From positions 174,530,001 through 174,594,000 of the forward strand of contig OZ024743.1 in assembly GCA_964016885.1 (NCBI GenBank): a stretch of DNA of 64,000 bases. The letters are read 5' to 3'. A program made the position numbers and the translations under genes. The notes under the pieces were generated by a model that ran no database searches, was not told the DNA's origin, and was given only the letters and a program-made list of their open reading frames with translations. This stretch comes from Eledone cirrhosa (lineage: Eukaryota). Below are positions 42,901 to 56,740 of this stretch, one piece after another (position 1 is the first letter of the stretch; the number at the start of each line of letters is the position of its first letter).

Positions 42901-45900
42901 ATTATATAGGATGTAGGTAGTCTTTGATATACTGTACCTGCTATATAGGATGTAGGTAGTCTTTGATATACTGTACCTGTTATATAGGATGTAGGTAGTC
43001 TTTGATATACTGTACCTGTTATATAGGATGTAGGTAGTCTTTGATATACTGTACCTGTTATATAGGATGTAGGTAGTCTTTGATATACTGTACCTGTTAT
43101 ATAGGATGTAGGTAGTCTTTGACATACTGTACCTGTTATATAGGATGTAGGTAGTCTTTGATATACTGTACCTGTTATATAGGATGTAGGTAGTCTTTGA
43201 TATACTGTACCTGTTATATAGGATGTAGGTAGTCTTTGATATAATGTAACTGTTATATAGGATGTAGGTAGTCTGTGATATACTGTACCTGTTATATAGG
43301 ATGTACGTAGTCTTTGATATGCTGTACCTGTTATATGAGATGTAGGAAGTCTTTGATATACTCTACCTGTTATATAGGATGTAGGTAGTCTTTGATATAC
43401 TGTACCTGTTATATAGGATGTAGGTAGTCTTTGATATACTGTACCTGTTATATAGGATGTAGGTAGTCTTTGATATACTGTACCTGTTATATAGGATGTA
43501 GGTAGTCTTTGATATACTGTACCTGTTATATAGGATGTAGGTAGTCTTTGATATACTGTACCTGTTATATAGGATGTAGGTAGTCTTTGAAATACTGTAC
43601 CTATTATATGAGATGTAGGAAGTTTTTGATATACTGTACCTGTTATATAGGATGTAGGTAGTCTTTGATATACTCTACCTGTTATATAGGATGTAGGTAG
43701 TCTTTGATATACTGTACCTGTTAAATAGGATGTAGGTAGTCTTTGATATACTGTACCTGTTATATAGGATGTAGGTAGTCTTTGATATACTGTACCTGTT
43801 ATATAGGATGTAGGTAGTCTTTGATATACTGTACCTGTTACATAGGATGTAGGTAGTCTTTGATATACTGTACCTGTTATATAGGATGTAGGTAGTCTTT
43901 GATATACTGTACCTGTTATATAGGATGTAGGTAGTCTTTGATATACTGTACCTGTTATATAGGATGTAGGTAGTCTTTGATATACTGTACCTGTTATATA
44001 GGATGTAGGAAGTCTTTGATATACTTTACCTGTTATATAGGATGTAGGTAGTCTTTGATATACTGTACCTGTTATATAGGATGTAGGTAGTCTGTGATAT
44101 ACTGTACCTGTTATATAGGATGTAGGTAGTCTTTGATATACTGTACCTGTTATATAGGATGTAGGTAGTGTTTGATATACTGTACCTGTTATATAGGATG
44201 TAGGTAGTCTTTGATATACTGTACCTGTTATATATGATGTAGGTAGTCTTTGATATACTGTACCTGTTACATAGGATGTAGGTAGTCTTTGATATACTGT
44301 ACCTGTTATATAGGATGTATGTAGTCTTTGGTATACTGTACCTGTTACATAGGATGTAGGTAGTCTTTGATATACTGTACCTGTTATATAGGATGTAGGT
44401 AGTCTTTGATATACTGTACCTGTTATATAGGATGTAAGTAGTCTTTGATATACTGTACCTGTTATATAGGATGTACGTAGTCTTTGATATGCTGTACCTG
44501 TTATATGAGATGTAGGAAGTCTTTGATATACTCTACCTGTTATATAGGATGTAGGTAGTCTTTGATATACTCTACCTGTTATATAGGATGTAGGAATTTT
44601 TTGATATACTGTACCTGTTATATAGGATGTAGGTAGTCTTTGATATACTGTACCTGTTATATAGGATGTAGGTAGTCTTTGATATACTGTACCTGTTATA
44701 TAGGATGTAGGTAGTCTTTGATATACTGTACCTGTTATATAGGATGTAGGTAGTCTTTGAAATACTGTACCTATTATATGAGATGTAGGAAGTCTTTGAT
44801 ATACTGTACCTGTTATATAGGATGTAGGTAGTCTTTGATATACTGTACCTGTCATATAGGATGTAGGTAGTCTTTGATATACTGTACATGTTAAATAGGA
44901 TGTAAGTAGTCGTTGATATACTGTAGCTGTTATATAGGATGTAGGTAGTCTTTGATATACTGTACCTGTTATATAGGATGTAGGTAGTCTTTGATATACT
45001 GTACCTGTTATATAGGATGTAGGTAGTCTTTGATATACTGTACCTGTTATATAGGATCTAGGTAGTCTTTGATATACTGTACCTGTTATATAGGATGTAG
45101 GTAGTCTTTGATATACTGTACCTGTTATATAGGATGTAGGTAGTCTTTGATATACTGTACCTGTTACATAGGATGTAGGTAGTCTTTGATATACTGTACC
45201 TGTTATATATGATGTAGGTAGTCTTTGATATACTGTACCTGTTATATAGTATGTAGGTAGTCTTTGATATACTGTACCTGTTATATATGATGTAGGTAGT
45301 CTTTGATATACTGTACCTGTTACATAGGATGTAGGTAGTCTTTGATATACTGTACCTGTTATATAGGATGTATGTAGTCTTTGGTATACTGTACCTGTTA
45401 CATAGGATGTAGGTAGTCTTTGATATACTGTACCTGTTATATAGGATGTAGGTAGTCTTTGATATACTGTACCTATTATATAGGATGTAGGTAGTCTTTG
45501 ATATACTGTACCTGCTATATAGGATGTAGGTAGTCTTTGATATACTGTACCTGTTATATAGGATGTAGGTAGTCTTTGATATACTGTACCTGTTATATAG
45601 GATGTAGGTAGTCTTTGATATACTGTACCTGTTATATAGGATGTAGGTAGTCTTTGATATACTGTACCTGTTATATAGGATGTAGGTAGTCTTTGACATA
45701 CTGTACCTGTTATATAGGATGTAGGTAGTCTTTGATATACTGTACCTGTTATATAGGATGTAGGTAGTCTTTGATATACTGTACCTGTTATATAGGATGT
45801 AGGTAGTCTTTGATATAATGTAACTGTTATATAGGATGTAGGTAGTCTGTGATATACTGTACCTGTTATATAGGATGTACGTAGTCTTTGATATGCTGTA

Positions 45901-48900
45901 CCTGTTATATGAGATGTAGGAAGTCTTTGATATACTCTACCTGTTATATAGGATGTAGGTAGTCTTTGATATACTGTACCTGTTATATAGGATGTAGGTA
46001 GTCTTTGATATACTGTACCTGTTATATAGGATGTAGGTAGTCTTTGATATACTGTACCTGTTATATAGGATGTAGGTAGTCTTTGATATACTGTACCTGT
46101 TATATAGGATGTAGGTAGTCTTTGATATACTGTACCAGTTATATAGGATGTAGGTAGTCTTTGAAATACTGTACCTATTATATGAGATGTAGGAAGTTTT
46201 TGATATACTGTACCTGTTATATAGGATGTAGGTAGTCTTTGATATACTCTACCTGTTATATAGGATGTAGGTAGTCTTTGATATACTGTACCTGTTAAAT
46301 AGGATGTAGGTAGTCTTTGATATACTGTACCTGTTATATAGGATGTAGGTAGTCTTTGATATACTGTACCTGTTATATAGGATGTAGGTAGTCTTTGATA
46401 TACTGTACCTGTTATATAGGATGTAGGTAGTCTTTGATATACTGTACCTGTTATATAGGATGTAGGTAGTCTTTGAAATACTGTACCTATTATATGAGAT
46501 GTAGGAAGTCTTTGATATACTGTACCTGTTATATAGGATGTAGGTAGTCTTTGATATACTGTACCTGTCATATAGGATGTAGGTAGTCTTTGATATACTG
46601 TACATGTTAAATAGGATGTAAGTAGTCGTTGATATACTGTAGCTGTTATATAGGATGTAGGTAGTCTTTGATATACTGTACCTGTTATATAGGATGTAGG
46701 TAGTCTTTGATATACTGTACCTGTTATATAGGATGTAGGTAGTCTTTGATATACTGTACCTGTTATATAGGATCTAGGTAGTCTTTGATATACTGTACCT
46801 GTTATATAGGATGTAGGTAGTCTTTGATATACTGTACCTGTTATATAGGATGTAGGTAGTCTTTGATATACTGTACCTGTTACATAGGATGTAGGTAGTC
46901 TTTGATATACTGTACCTGTTATATATGATGTAGGTAGTCTTTGATATACTGTACCTGTTATATAGTATGTAGGTAGTCTTTGATATACTGTACCTGTTAT
47001 ATATGATGTAGGTAGTCTTTGATATACTGTACCTGTTACATAGGATGTAGGTAGTCTTTGATATACTGTACCTGTTATATAGGATGTATGTAGTCTTTGG
47101 TATACTGTACCTGTTACATAGGATGTAGGTAGTCTTTGATATACTGTACCTGTTATATAGGATGTAGGTAGTCTTTGATATACTGTACCTATTATATAGG
47201 ATGTAGGTAGTCTTTGATATACTGTACCTGCTATATAGGATGTAGGTAGTCTTTGATATACTGTACCTGTTATATAGGATGTAGGTAGTCTTTGATATAC
47301 TGTACCTGTTATATAGGATGTAGGTAGTCTTTGATATACTGTACCTGTTATATAGGATGTAGGTAGTCTTTGATATACTGTACCTGTTATATAGGATGTA
47401 GGTAGTCTTTGACATACTGTACCTGTTATATAGGATGTAGGTAGTCTTTGATATACTGTACCTGTTATATAGGATGTAGGTAGTCTTTGATATACTGTAC
47501 CTGTTATATAGGATGTAGGTAGTCTTTGATATAATGTAACTGTTATATAGGATGTAGGTAGTCTGTGATATACTGTACCTGTTATATAGGATGTACGTAG
47601 TCTTTGATATGCTGTACCTGTTATATGAGATGTAGGAAGTCTTTGATATACTCTACCTGTTATATAGGATGTAGGTAGTCTTTGATATACTGTACCTGTT
47701 ATATAGGATGTAGGTAGTCTTTGATATACTGTACCTGTTATATAGGATGTAGGTAGTCTTTGATATACTGTACCTGTTATATAGGATGTAGGTAGTCTTT
47801 GATATACTGTACCTGTTATATAGGATGTAGGTAGTCTTTGATATACTGTACCAGTTATATAGGATGTAGGTAGTCTTTGAAATACTGTACCTATTATATG
47901 AGATGTAGGAAGTTTTTGATATACTGTACCTGTTATATAGGATGTAGGTAGTCTTTGATATACTCTACCTGTTATATAGGATGTAGGTAGTCTTTGATAT
48001 ACTGTACCTGTTAAATAGGATGTAGGTAGTCTTTGATATACTGTACCTGTTATATAGGATGTAGGTAGTCTTTGATATACTGTACCTGTTATATAGGATG
48101 TAGGTAGTCTTTGATATACTGTACCTGTTACATAGGATGTAGGTAGTCTTTGATATACTGTACCTGTTATATAGGATGTAGGTAGTCTTTGATATACTGT
48201 ACCTGTTATATAGGATGTAGGTAGTCTTTGATATACTGTACCTGTTATATAGGATGTAGGTAGTCTTTGATATACTGTACCTGTTATATAGGATGTAGGA
48301 AGTCTTTGATATACTTTACCTGTTATATAGGATGTAGGTAGTCTTTGATATACTGTACCTGTTATATAGGATGTAGGTAGTCTGTGATATACTGTACCTG
48401 TTATATAGGATGTAGGTAGTCTTTGATATACTGTACCTGTTATATAGGATGTAGGTAGTGTTTGATATACTGTACCTGTTATATAGGATGTAGGTAGTCT
48501 CTGATATACTGTACCTGTTATATATGATGTAGGTAGTCTTTGATATACTGTACCTGTTACATAGGATGTAGGTAGTCTTTGATATACTGTACCTGTTATA
48601 TAGGATGTATGTAGTCTTTGGTATACTGTACCTGTTACATAGGATGTAGGTAGTCTTTGATATACTGTACCTGTTATATAGGATGTAGGTAGTCTTTGAT
48701 ATACTGTACCTGTTATATAGGATGCAAGTAGTCTTTGATATACTGTACCTGTTATATAGGATGTACGTAGTCTTTGATATGCTGTACCTGTTATATGAGA
48801 TGTAGGAAGTCTTTGATATACTCTACCTGTTATATAGGATGTAGGTAGTCTTTGATATACTGTACCTGTTATATAGGATGTAGGAATTTTTTGATATACT

Positions 48901-51900
48901 GTACCTGTTATATAGGATGTAGGTAGTCTTTGATATACTGTACCTGTTATATAGGATGTAGGTAGTCTTTGATATACTGTACCTGTTATATAGGATGTAG
49001 GTAGTCTTTGATATACTGTACCTGTTATATAGGATGTAGGTAGTCTTTGAAATACTGTACCTATTATATGAGATGTAGGAAGTCTTTGATATACTGTACC
49101 TGTTATATAGGATGTAGGTAGTCTTTGATATACTGTACCTGTCATATAGGATGTAGGTAGTCTTTGATATACTGTACATGTTAAATAGGATGTAAGTAGT
49201 CGTTGATATACTGTAGCTGTTATATAGGATGTAGGTAGTCTTTGATATACTGTACCTGTTATATAGGATGTAGGTAGTCTTTGATATACTGTACCTGTTA
49301 TATAGGATGTAGGTAGTCTTTGATATACTGTACCTGTTATATAGGATGTAGGTAGTCTTTGATATACTGTACCTGTTATATAGGATGTAGGTAGTCTTTG
49401 AAATACTGTACCTATTATATGAGATGTAGGAAGTCTTTGATATACTGTACCTGTTATATAGGATGTAGGTAGTCTTTGATATACTGTACATGTTATATAG
49501 TATGTAGGTAGTCTTTGATATACTGTACATGTTAAATAGGATGTAGGTAGTCCTTGATATACTGTACCTGTTATATAGGATGTAGGTAGTCTTTGATATA
49601 CTGTACCTGTTATATAGGATGTAGGTAGTCTTTGATATACTGTACCTGTTGTATAGGATCTAGGTAGTGTTTGATATACTGTACCTGTTATATAGGATGT
49701 AGGTAGTCTTTGATATACTGTACCTGTTATATATGATGTAGGTAGTCTTTGATATACTGTACCTGTTACATAGGATGTAGGTAGTCTTTGATATACTGTA
49801 CCTGTTATATAGGATGTATGTAGTCTTTGGTATACTGTACCTGTTACATAGGATGTAGGTAGTCTTTGATATACTGTACCTGTTATATAGGATGTAGGTA
49901 GTTTTGATATACTGTACCTGTTATATAGGATGTAGGTAGTCTTTGATATACTGTACCTTTTATATAGGATGTAGGTAGTCTTTGATATACTGTACCTGTT
50001 ATATAGGATGTAGGTAGTCTTTGAAATACTGTACCTATTATATGAGATGTAGGAAGTCTTTGATATACTGTACCTGTTATATAGGATGTAGGTAGTCTTT
50101 GATATACTGTACCTGTTAAATAGGATGTAGGTAGTCTTTGATATACTGTACCTGTTATATAGGATGTAGGTAGTCTTTGATATACTGTACCTGTTACATA
50201 GGATGTAGGTAGTCTTTGATATACTGTACCTGTTATATAGGATGTAGGTAGTCTTTGATATACTGTACCTGTTATATAGGATGTAGGTAGTGTTTGATAT
50301 ACTGTACCTGTTACATAGGATGTATATAGTCTTTGATATACTGTACCTGTTATATAGGATGTAGGTAGTCTTTGATATACTGTACCTGTTATATAGGATC
50401 TAGGTAGTCTTTGATATACTGTACCTGTTATATAGGATGTAGGTAGTCTTTGATATACTGTACCTGTTATATAGGATGTAGGTAGTCTTTGATATACTGT
50501 ACCTGTTACATAGGATGTAGGTAGTCTTTGATATACTGTACCTGTTATATATGATGTAGGTAGTCTTTGATATACTGTACCTGTTATATAGTATGTAGGT
50601 AGTCTTTGATATACTGTACCTGTTATATATGATGTAGGTAGTCTTTGATATACTGTACCTGTTACATAGGATGTAGGTAGTCTTTGATATACTGTACCTG
50701 TTATATAGGATGTATGTAGTCTTTGGTATACTGTACCTGTTACATAGGATGTAGGTAGTCTTTGATATACTGTACCTGTTATATAGGATGTAGGTAGTCT
50801 TTGATATACTGTACCTGTTATATAGGATGTAGGTAGTCTTTGAAATACTGTACCTATTATATGAGATGTAGGAAGTTTTTGATATACTGTACCTGTTATA
50901 TAGGATGTAGGTAGTCTTTGATATACTGTACCTGTTATATAGGATGTAGGTAGTCTTTGATATACTGTACCTGTTAAATAGGATGTAGGTAGTCTTTGAT
51001 ATACTGTACCTGTTATATAGGATGTAGGTAGTCTTTGATATACTGTACCTGTTATATAGGATGTAGGTAGTCTTTGATATACTGTACCTGTTACATAGGA
51101 TGTAGGTAGTCTTTGATATACTGTACCTGTTATATAGGATGTAGGTAGTCTTTGATATACTGTACCTGTTATATAGGATGTAGGTAGTCTTTGATATACT
51201 GTACCTGTTATATAGGATGTAGGTAGTCTTTGATATACTGTACCTGTTATATAGGATGTAGGAAGTCTTTGATATACTTTACCTGTTATATAGGATGTAG
51301 GTAGTCTTTGATATACTGTACCTGTTATATAGGATGTAGGTAGTCTTTGATATACTGTACCTGTTATATAGGATGTAGGTAGTCTTTGATATACTGTACC
51401 TGTTATATAGGATGTAGGTAGTCTTTGATATACTGTACCTGTTATATAGGATGTACGTAGTCTTTGATATACTGTACCTGTTATATGAGATGTAGGAAGT
51501 CTTTGATATACTGTACCTGTTATATAGGATGTAGGTAGTCTTTGATATACTGTACCTGTTATATGAGATGTAGGAAGTTTTTGATATACTGTACCTGTTA
51601 TATAGGATGTAGGTAGTCTTTGATATACTGTACCTGTTATATAGGATGTAGGTAGTCTTTGATATACTGTACCTGTTAAATAGGATGTAGGTAGTCTTTG
51701 ATATACTGTACCTGTTATATAGGATGTAGGTAGTCTTTGATATACTGTACCTGTTACATAGGATGTAGGTAGTCTTTGATATACTGTACCTGTTATATAG
51801 GATGTATGTAGTCTTTGGTATACTGTACCTGTTACATAGGATGTAGGTAGTCTTTGATATACTGTACCTGTTATATAGGATGTAGGTAGTCTTTGATATA

Positions 51901-52570
51901 CTGTACCTGTTATATAGGATGTAGGTAGTATTTGATATACTGTATCTGTTATATAGGATGTAGGTAGTCTTTGATATACTGTACCTGTTATATAGGATGT
52001 AGGTAGTCTTTGATATACTGTACATGTTAAATAGGATGTAGGTAGTCTTTGATATACTGTACCTGTTATATAGGATGTAGGTAGTCTTTGATATACTGTA
52101 CTTGTTATATAGGATGTAGGTAGTCTTTGATATACTGTACCTGTTATATAGGATGTAGGTAATGTTTGATATACTGTACCTGTTATATAGGATGTAGGTA
52201 GTCTTTGATATACTGTACCTGTTATATATGATGTAGGTAGTCTTTGATATACTGTACCTGTTACATAGGATGTAGGTAGTCTTTGATATACTGTACCTGT
52301 TATATAGGATGTATGTAGTCTTTGGTATACTGTACCTGTTACATAGGATGTAGGTAGTCTTTGATATACTGTACCTGTTATATAGGATGTAGGTAGTCTT
52401 TGATATACTGTACCTATTATATAGGATGTAGGTAGTCTTTGATATACTGTACCTGTTACATAGGATGTAGGTAGTCTTTGATATACTGTACCTGTTATAT
52501 AGGATGTAGGTAGTCTTTGATATACTGTACCTGTTACATAGGATGTAGGTAGTCTTTGATATACTGTACC
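39906..52570. repeat. Long-range copy of the block at ~8985-19930 (offset 30921 bp, then 32637 bp after an extra 44 monomers)
   Basis: The variant order is the same in both blocks. ORF coordinates 9484/40405, 10308/41229 and 11563/42484 differ by 30921, while 16508/49145 and 19388/52025 differ by 32637. ACCAGTT lies at 15216/46137. Confidence 0.9.
44605..48130. repeat. Higher-order tandem duplication, period 1716 bp (44 monomers)
   Basis: ACCAGTT variant at 46137 and 47853. The ORFs at 45058 and 46774 are offset by 1716. Confidence 0.9.
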
Positions 52571-55500
52571 TGTTATATAGGATGTATGTAGTCTTTGGTA
52601 TACTGTACCTGTTACATAGGATGTAGGTAGTCTTTGATATACTGTACCTGTTATATAGGATGTAGGTAGTCTCTGATATACTGTACCTGTTATATATGAT
52701 GTAGGTAGTCTTTGATATACTGTACCTGTTACATAGGATGTAGGTAGTCTTTGATATACTGTACCTGTTATATAGGATGTATGTAGTCTTTGGTATACTG
52801 TACCTGTTACATAGGATGTAGGTAGTCTTTGATATACTGTACCTGTTATATAGGATGTAGGTAGTCTTTGATATACTGTACCTGTTATATAGGATGTAAG
52901 TAGTCTTTGATATACTGTACCTGTTATATAGGATGTACGTAGTCTTTGATATGCTGTACCTGTTATATGAGATGTAGGAAGTCTTTGATATACTCTACCT
53001 GTTATATAGGATGTAGGTAGTCTTTGATATACTGTACCTGTTATATAGGATGTAGGAATTTTTTGATATACTGTACCTGTTATATAGGATGTAGGTAGTC
53101 TTTGATATACTGTACCTGTTATATAGGATGTAGGTAGTCTTTGATATACTGTACCTGTTATATAGGATGTAGGTAGTCTTTGATATACTGTACCTGTTAT
53201 ATAGGATGTAGGTAGTCTTTGAAATACTGTACCTATTATATGAGATGTAGGAAGTCTTTGATATACTGTACCTGTTATATAGGATGTAGGTAGTCTTTGA
53301 TATACTGTACCTGTCATATAGGATGTAGGTAGTCTTTGATATACTGTACATGTTAAATAGGATGTAAGTAGTCGTTGATATACTGTAGCTGTTATATAGG
53401 ATGTAGGTAGTCTTTGATATACTGTACCTGTTATATAGGATGTAGGTAGTCTTTGATATACTGTACCTGTTATATAGGATGTAGGTAGTCTTTGATATAC
53501 TGTACCTGTTATATAGGATGTAGGTAGTCTTTGATATACTGTACCTGTTATATAGGATGTAGGTAGTCTTTGAAATACTGTACCTATTATATGAGATGTA
53601 GGAAGTCTTTGATATACTGTACCTGTTATATAGGATGTAGGTAGTCTTTGATATACTGTACATGTTATATAGGATGTAGGTAGTCTTTGATATACTGTAC
53701 ATGTTAAATAGGATGTAGGTAGTCCTTGATATACTGTACCTGTTATATAGGATGTAGGTAGTCTTTGATATACTGTACCTGTTATATAGGATGTAGGTAG
53801 TCTTTGATATACTGTACCTGTTGTATAGGATCTAGGTAGTGTTTGATATACTGTACCTGTTATATAGGATGTAGGTAGTCTTTGATATACTGTACCTGTT
53901 ATATATGATGTAGGTAGTCTTTGATATACTGTACCTGTTACATAGGATGTAGGTAGTCTTTGATATACTGTACCTGTTATATAGGATGTATGTAGTCTTT
54001 GGTATACTGTACCTGTTACATAGGATGTAGGTAGTCTTTGATATACTGTACCTGTTATATAGGATGTAGGTAGTTTTGATATACTGTACCTGTTATATAG
54101 GATGTAGGTAGTCTTTGATATACTGTACCTTTTATATAGGATGTAGGTAGTCTTTGATATACTGTACCTGTTATATAGGATGTAGGTAGTCTTTGAAATA
54201 CTGTACCTATTATATGAGATGTAGGAAGTCTTTGATATACTGTACCTGTTATATAGGATGTAGGTAGTCTTTGATATACTGTACCTGTTAAATAGGATGT
54301 AGGTAGTCTTTGATATACTGTACCTGTTATATAGGATGTAGGTAGTCTTTGATATACTGTACCTGTTACATAGGATGTAGGTAGTCTTTGATATACTGTA
54401 CCTGTTATATAGGATGTAGGTAGTCTTTGATATACTGTACCTGTTATATAGGATGTAGGTAGTGTTTGATATACTGTACCTGTTACATAGGATGTATATA
54501 GTCTTTGATATACTGTACCTGTTATATAGGATGTAGGTAGTCTTTGATATACTGTACCTGTTATATAGGATCTAGGTAGTCTTTGATATACTGTACCTGT
54601 TATATAGGATGTAGGTAGTCTTTGATATACTGTACCTGTTATATAGGATGTAGGTAGTCTTTGATATACTGTACCTGTTACATAGGATGTAGGTAGTCTT
54701 TGATATACTGTACCTGTTATATATGATGTAGGTAGTCTTTGATATACTGTACCTGTTATATAGTATGTAGGTAGTCTTTGATATACTGTACCTGTTATAT
54801 ATGATGTAGGTAGTCTTTGATATACTGTACCTGTTACATAGGATGTAGGTAGTCTTTGATATACTGTACCTGTTATATAGGATGTATGTAGTCTTTGGTA
54901 TACTGTACCTGTTACATAGGATGTAGGTAGTCTTTGATATACTGTACCTGTTATATAGGATGTAGGTAGTCTTTGATATACTGTACCTGTTATATAGGAT
55001 GTAGGTAGTCTTTGAAATACTGTACCTATTATATGAGATGTAGGAAGTTTTTGATATACTGTACCTGTTATATAGGATGTAGGTAGTCTTTGATATACTG
55101 TACCTGTTATATAGGATGTAGGTAGTCTTTGATATACTGTACCTGTTAAATAGGATGTAGGTAGTCTTTGATATACTGTACCTGTTATATAGGATGTAGG
55201 TAGTCTTTGATATACTGTACCTGTTATATAGGATGTAGGTAGTCTTTGATATACTGTACCTGTTACATAGGATGTAGGTAGTCTTTGATATACTGTACCT
55301 GTTATATAGGATGTAGGTAGTCTTTGATATACTGTACCTGTTATATAGGATGTAGGTAGTCTTTGATATACTGTACCTGTTATATAGGATGTAGGTAGTC
55401 TTTGATATACTGTACCTGTTATATAGGATGTAGGAAGTCTTTGATATACTTTACCTGTTATATAGGATGTAGGTAGTCTTTGATATACTGTACCTGTTAT

Positions 55501-56740
55501 ATAGGATGTAGGTAGTCTTTGATATACTGTACCTGTTATATAGGATGTAGGTAGTCTTTGATATACTGTACCTGTTATATAGGATGTAGGTAGTCTTTGA
55601 TATACTGTACCTGTTATATAGGATGTACGTAGTCTTTGATATACTGTACCTGTTATATGAGATGTAGGAAGTCTTTGATATACTGTACCTGTTATATAGG
55701 ATGTAGGTAGTCTTTGATATACTGTACCTGTTATATGAGATGTAGGAAGTTTTTGATATACTGTACCTGTTATATAGGATGTAGGTAGTCTTTGATATAC
55801 TGTACCTGTTATATAGGATGTAGGTAGTCTTTGATATACTGTACCTGTTAAATAGGATGTAGGTAGTCTTTGATATACTGTACCTGTTATATAGGATGTA
55901 GGTAGTCTTTGATATACTGTACCTGTTACATAGGATGTAGGTAGTCTTTGATATACTGTACCTGTTATATAGGATGTATGTAGTCTTTGGTATACTGTAC
56001 CTGTTACATAGGATGTAGGTAGTCTTTGATATACTGTACCTGTTATATAGGATGTAGGTAGTCTTTGATATACTGTACCTGTTATATAGGATGTAGGTAG
56101 TATTTGATATACTGTATCTGTTATATAGGATGTAGGTAGTCTTTGATATACTGTACCTGTTATATAGGATGTAGGTAGTCTTTGATATACTGTACATGTT
56201 AAATAGGATGTAGGTAGTCTTTGATATACTGTACCTGTTATATAGGATGTAGGTAGTCTTTGATATACTGTACTTGTTATATAGGATGTAGGTAGTCTTT
56301 GATATACTGTACCTGTTATATAGGATGTAGGTAATGTTTGATATACTGTACCTGTTATATAGGATGTAGGTAGTCTTTGATATACTGTACCTGTTATATA
56401 TGATGTAGGTAGTCTTTGATATACTGTACCTGTTACATAGGATGTAGGTAGTCTTTGATATACTGTACCTGTTATATAGGATGTATGTAGTCTTTGGTAT
56501 ACTGTACCTGTTACATAGGATGTAGGTAGTCTTTGATATACTGTACCTGTTATATAGGATGTAGGTAGTCTTTGATATACTGTACCTATTATATAGGATG
56601 TAGGTAGTCTTTGATATACTGTACCTGTTACATAGGATGTAGGTAGTCTTTGATATACTGTACCTGTTATATAGGATGTAGGTAGTCTTTGATATACTGT
56701 ACCTGTTACATAGGATGTAGGTAGTCTTTGATATACTGTA
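48480..56740. repeat. Higher-order tandem duplication, period 4172 bp (107 monomers)
   Basis: Rare variants GTCTCTGAT (48501/52673), ACATGTTATAT (~49488/53660) and GTACTTGTT (~52100/56272). ORF pairs 48823/52995 and 51279/55451. Confidence 0.92.

Noticed and set aside
2780-53317. Giant minus-strand ORFs (793-2392 aa) of ITGTVYQRLPTSY repeats as real CDS
   Set aside because: They have no unique domain, signal peptide or flanking sequence. The ATG comes from a point variant (GTCAT) and the end from a frameshift. Codons are nearly invariant at silent sites, and an overlapping frame is equally open.
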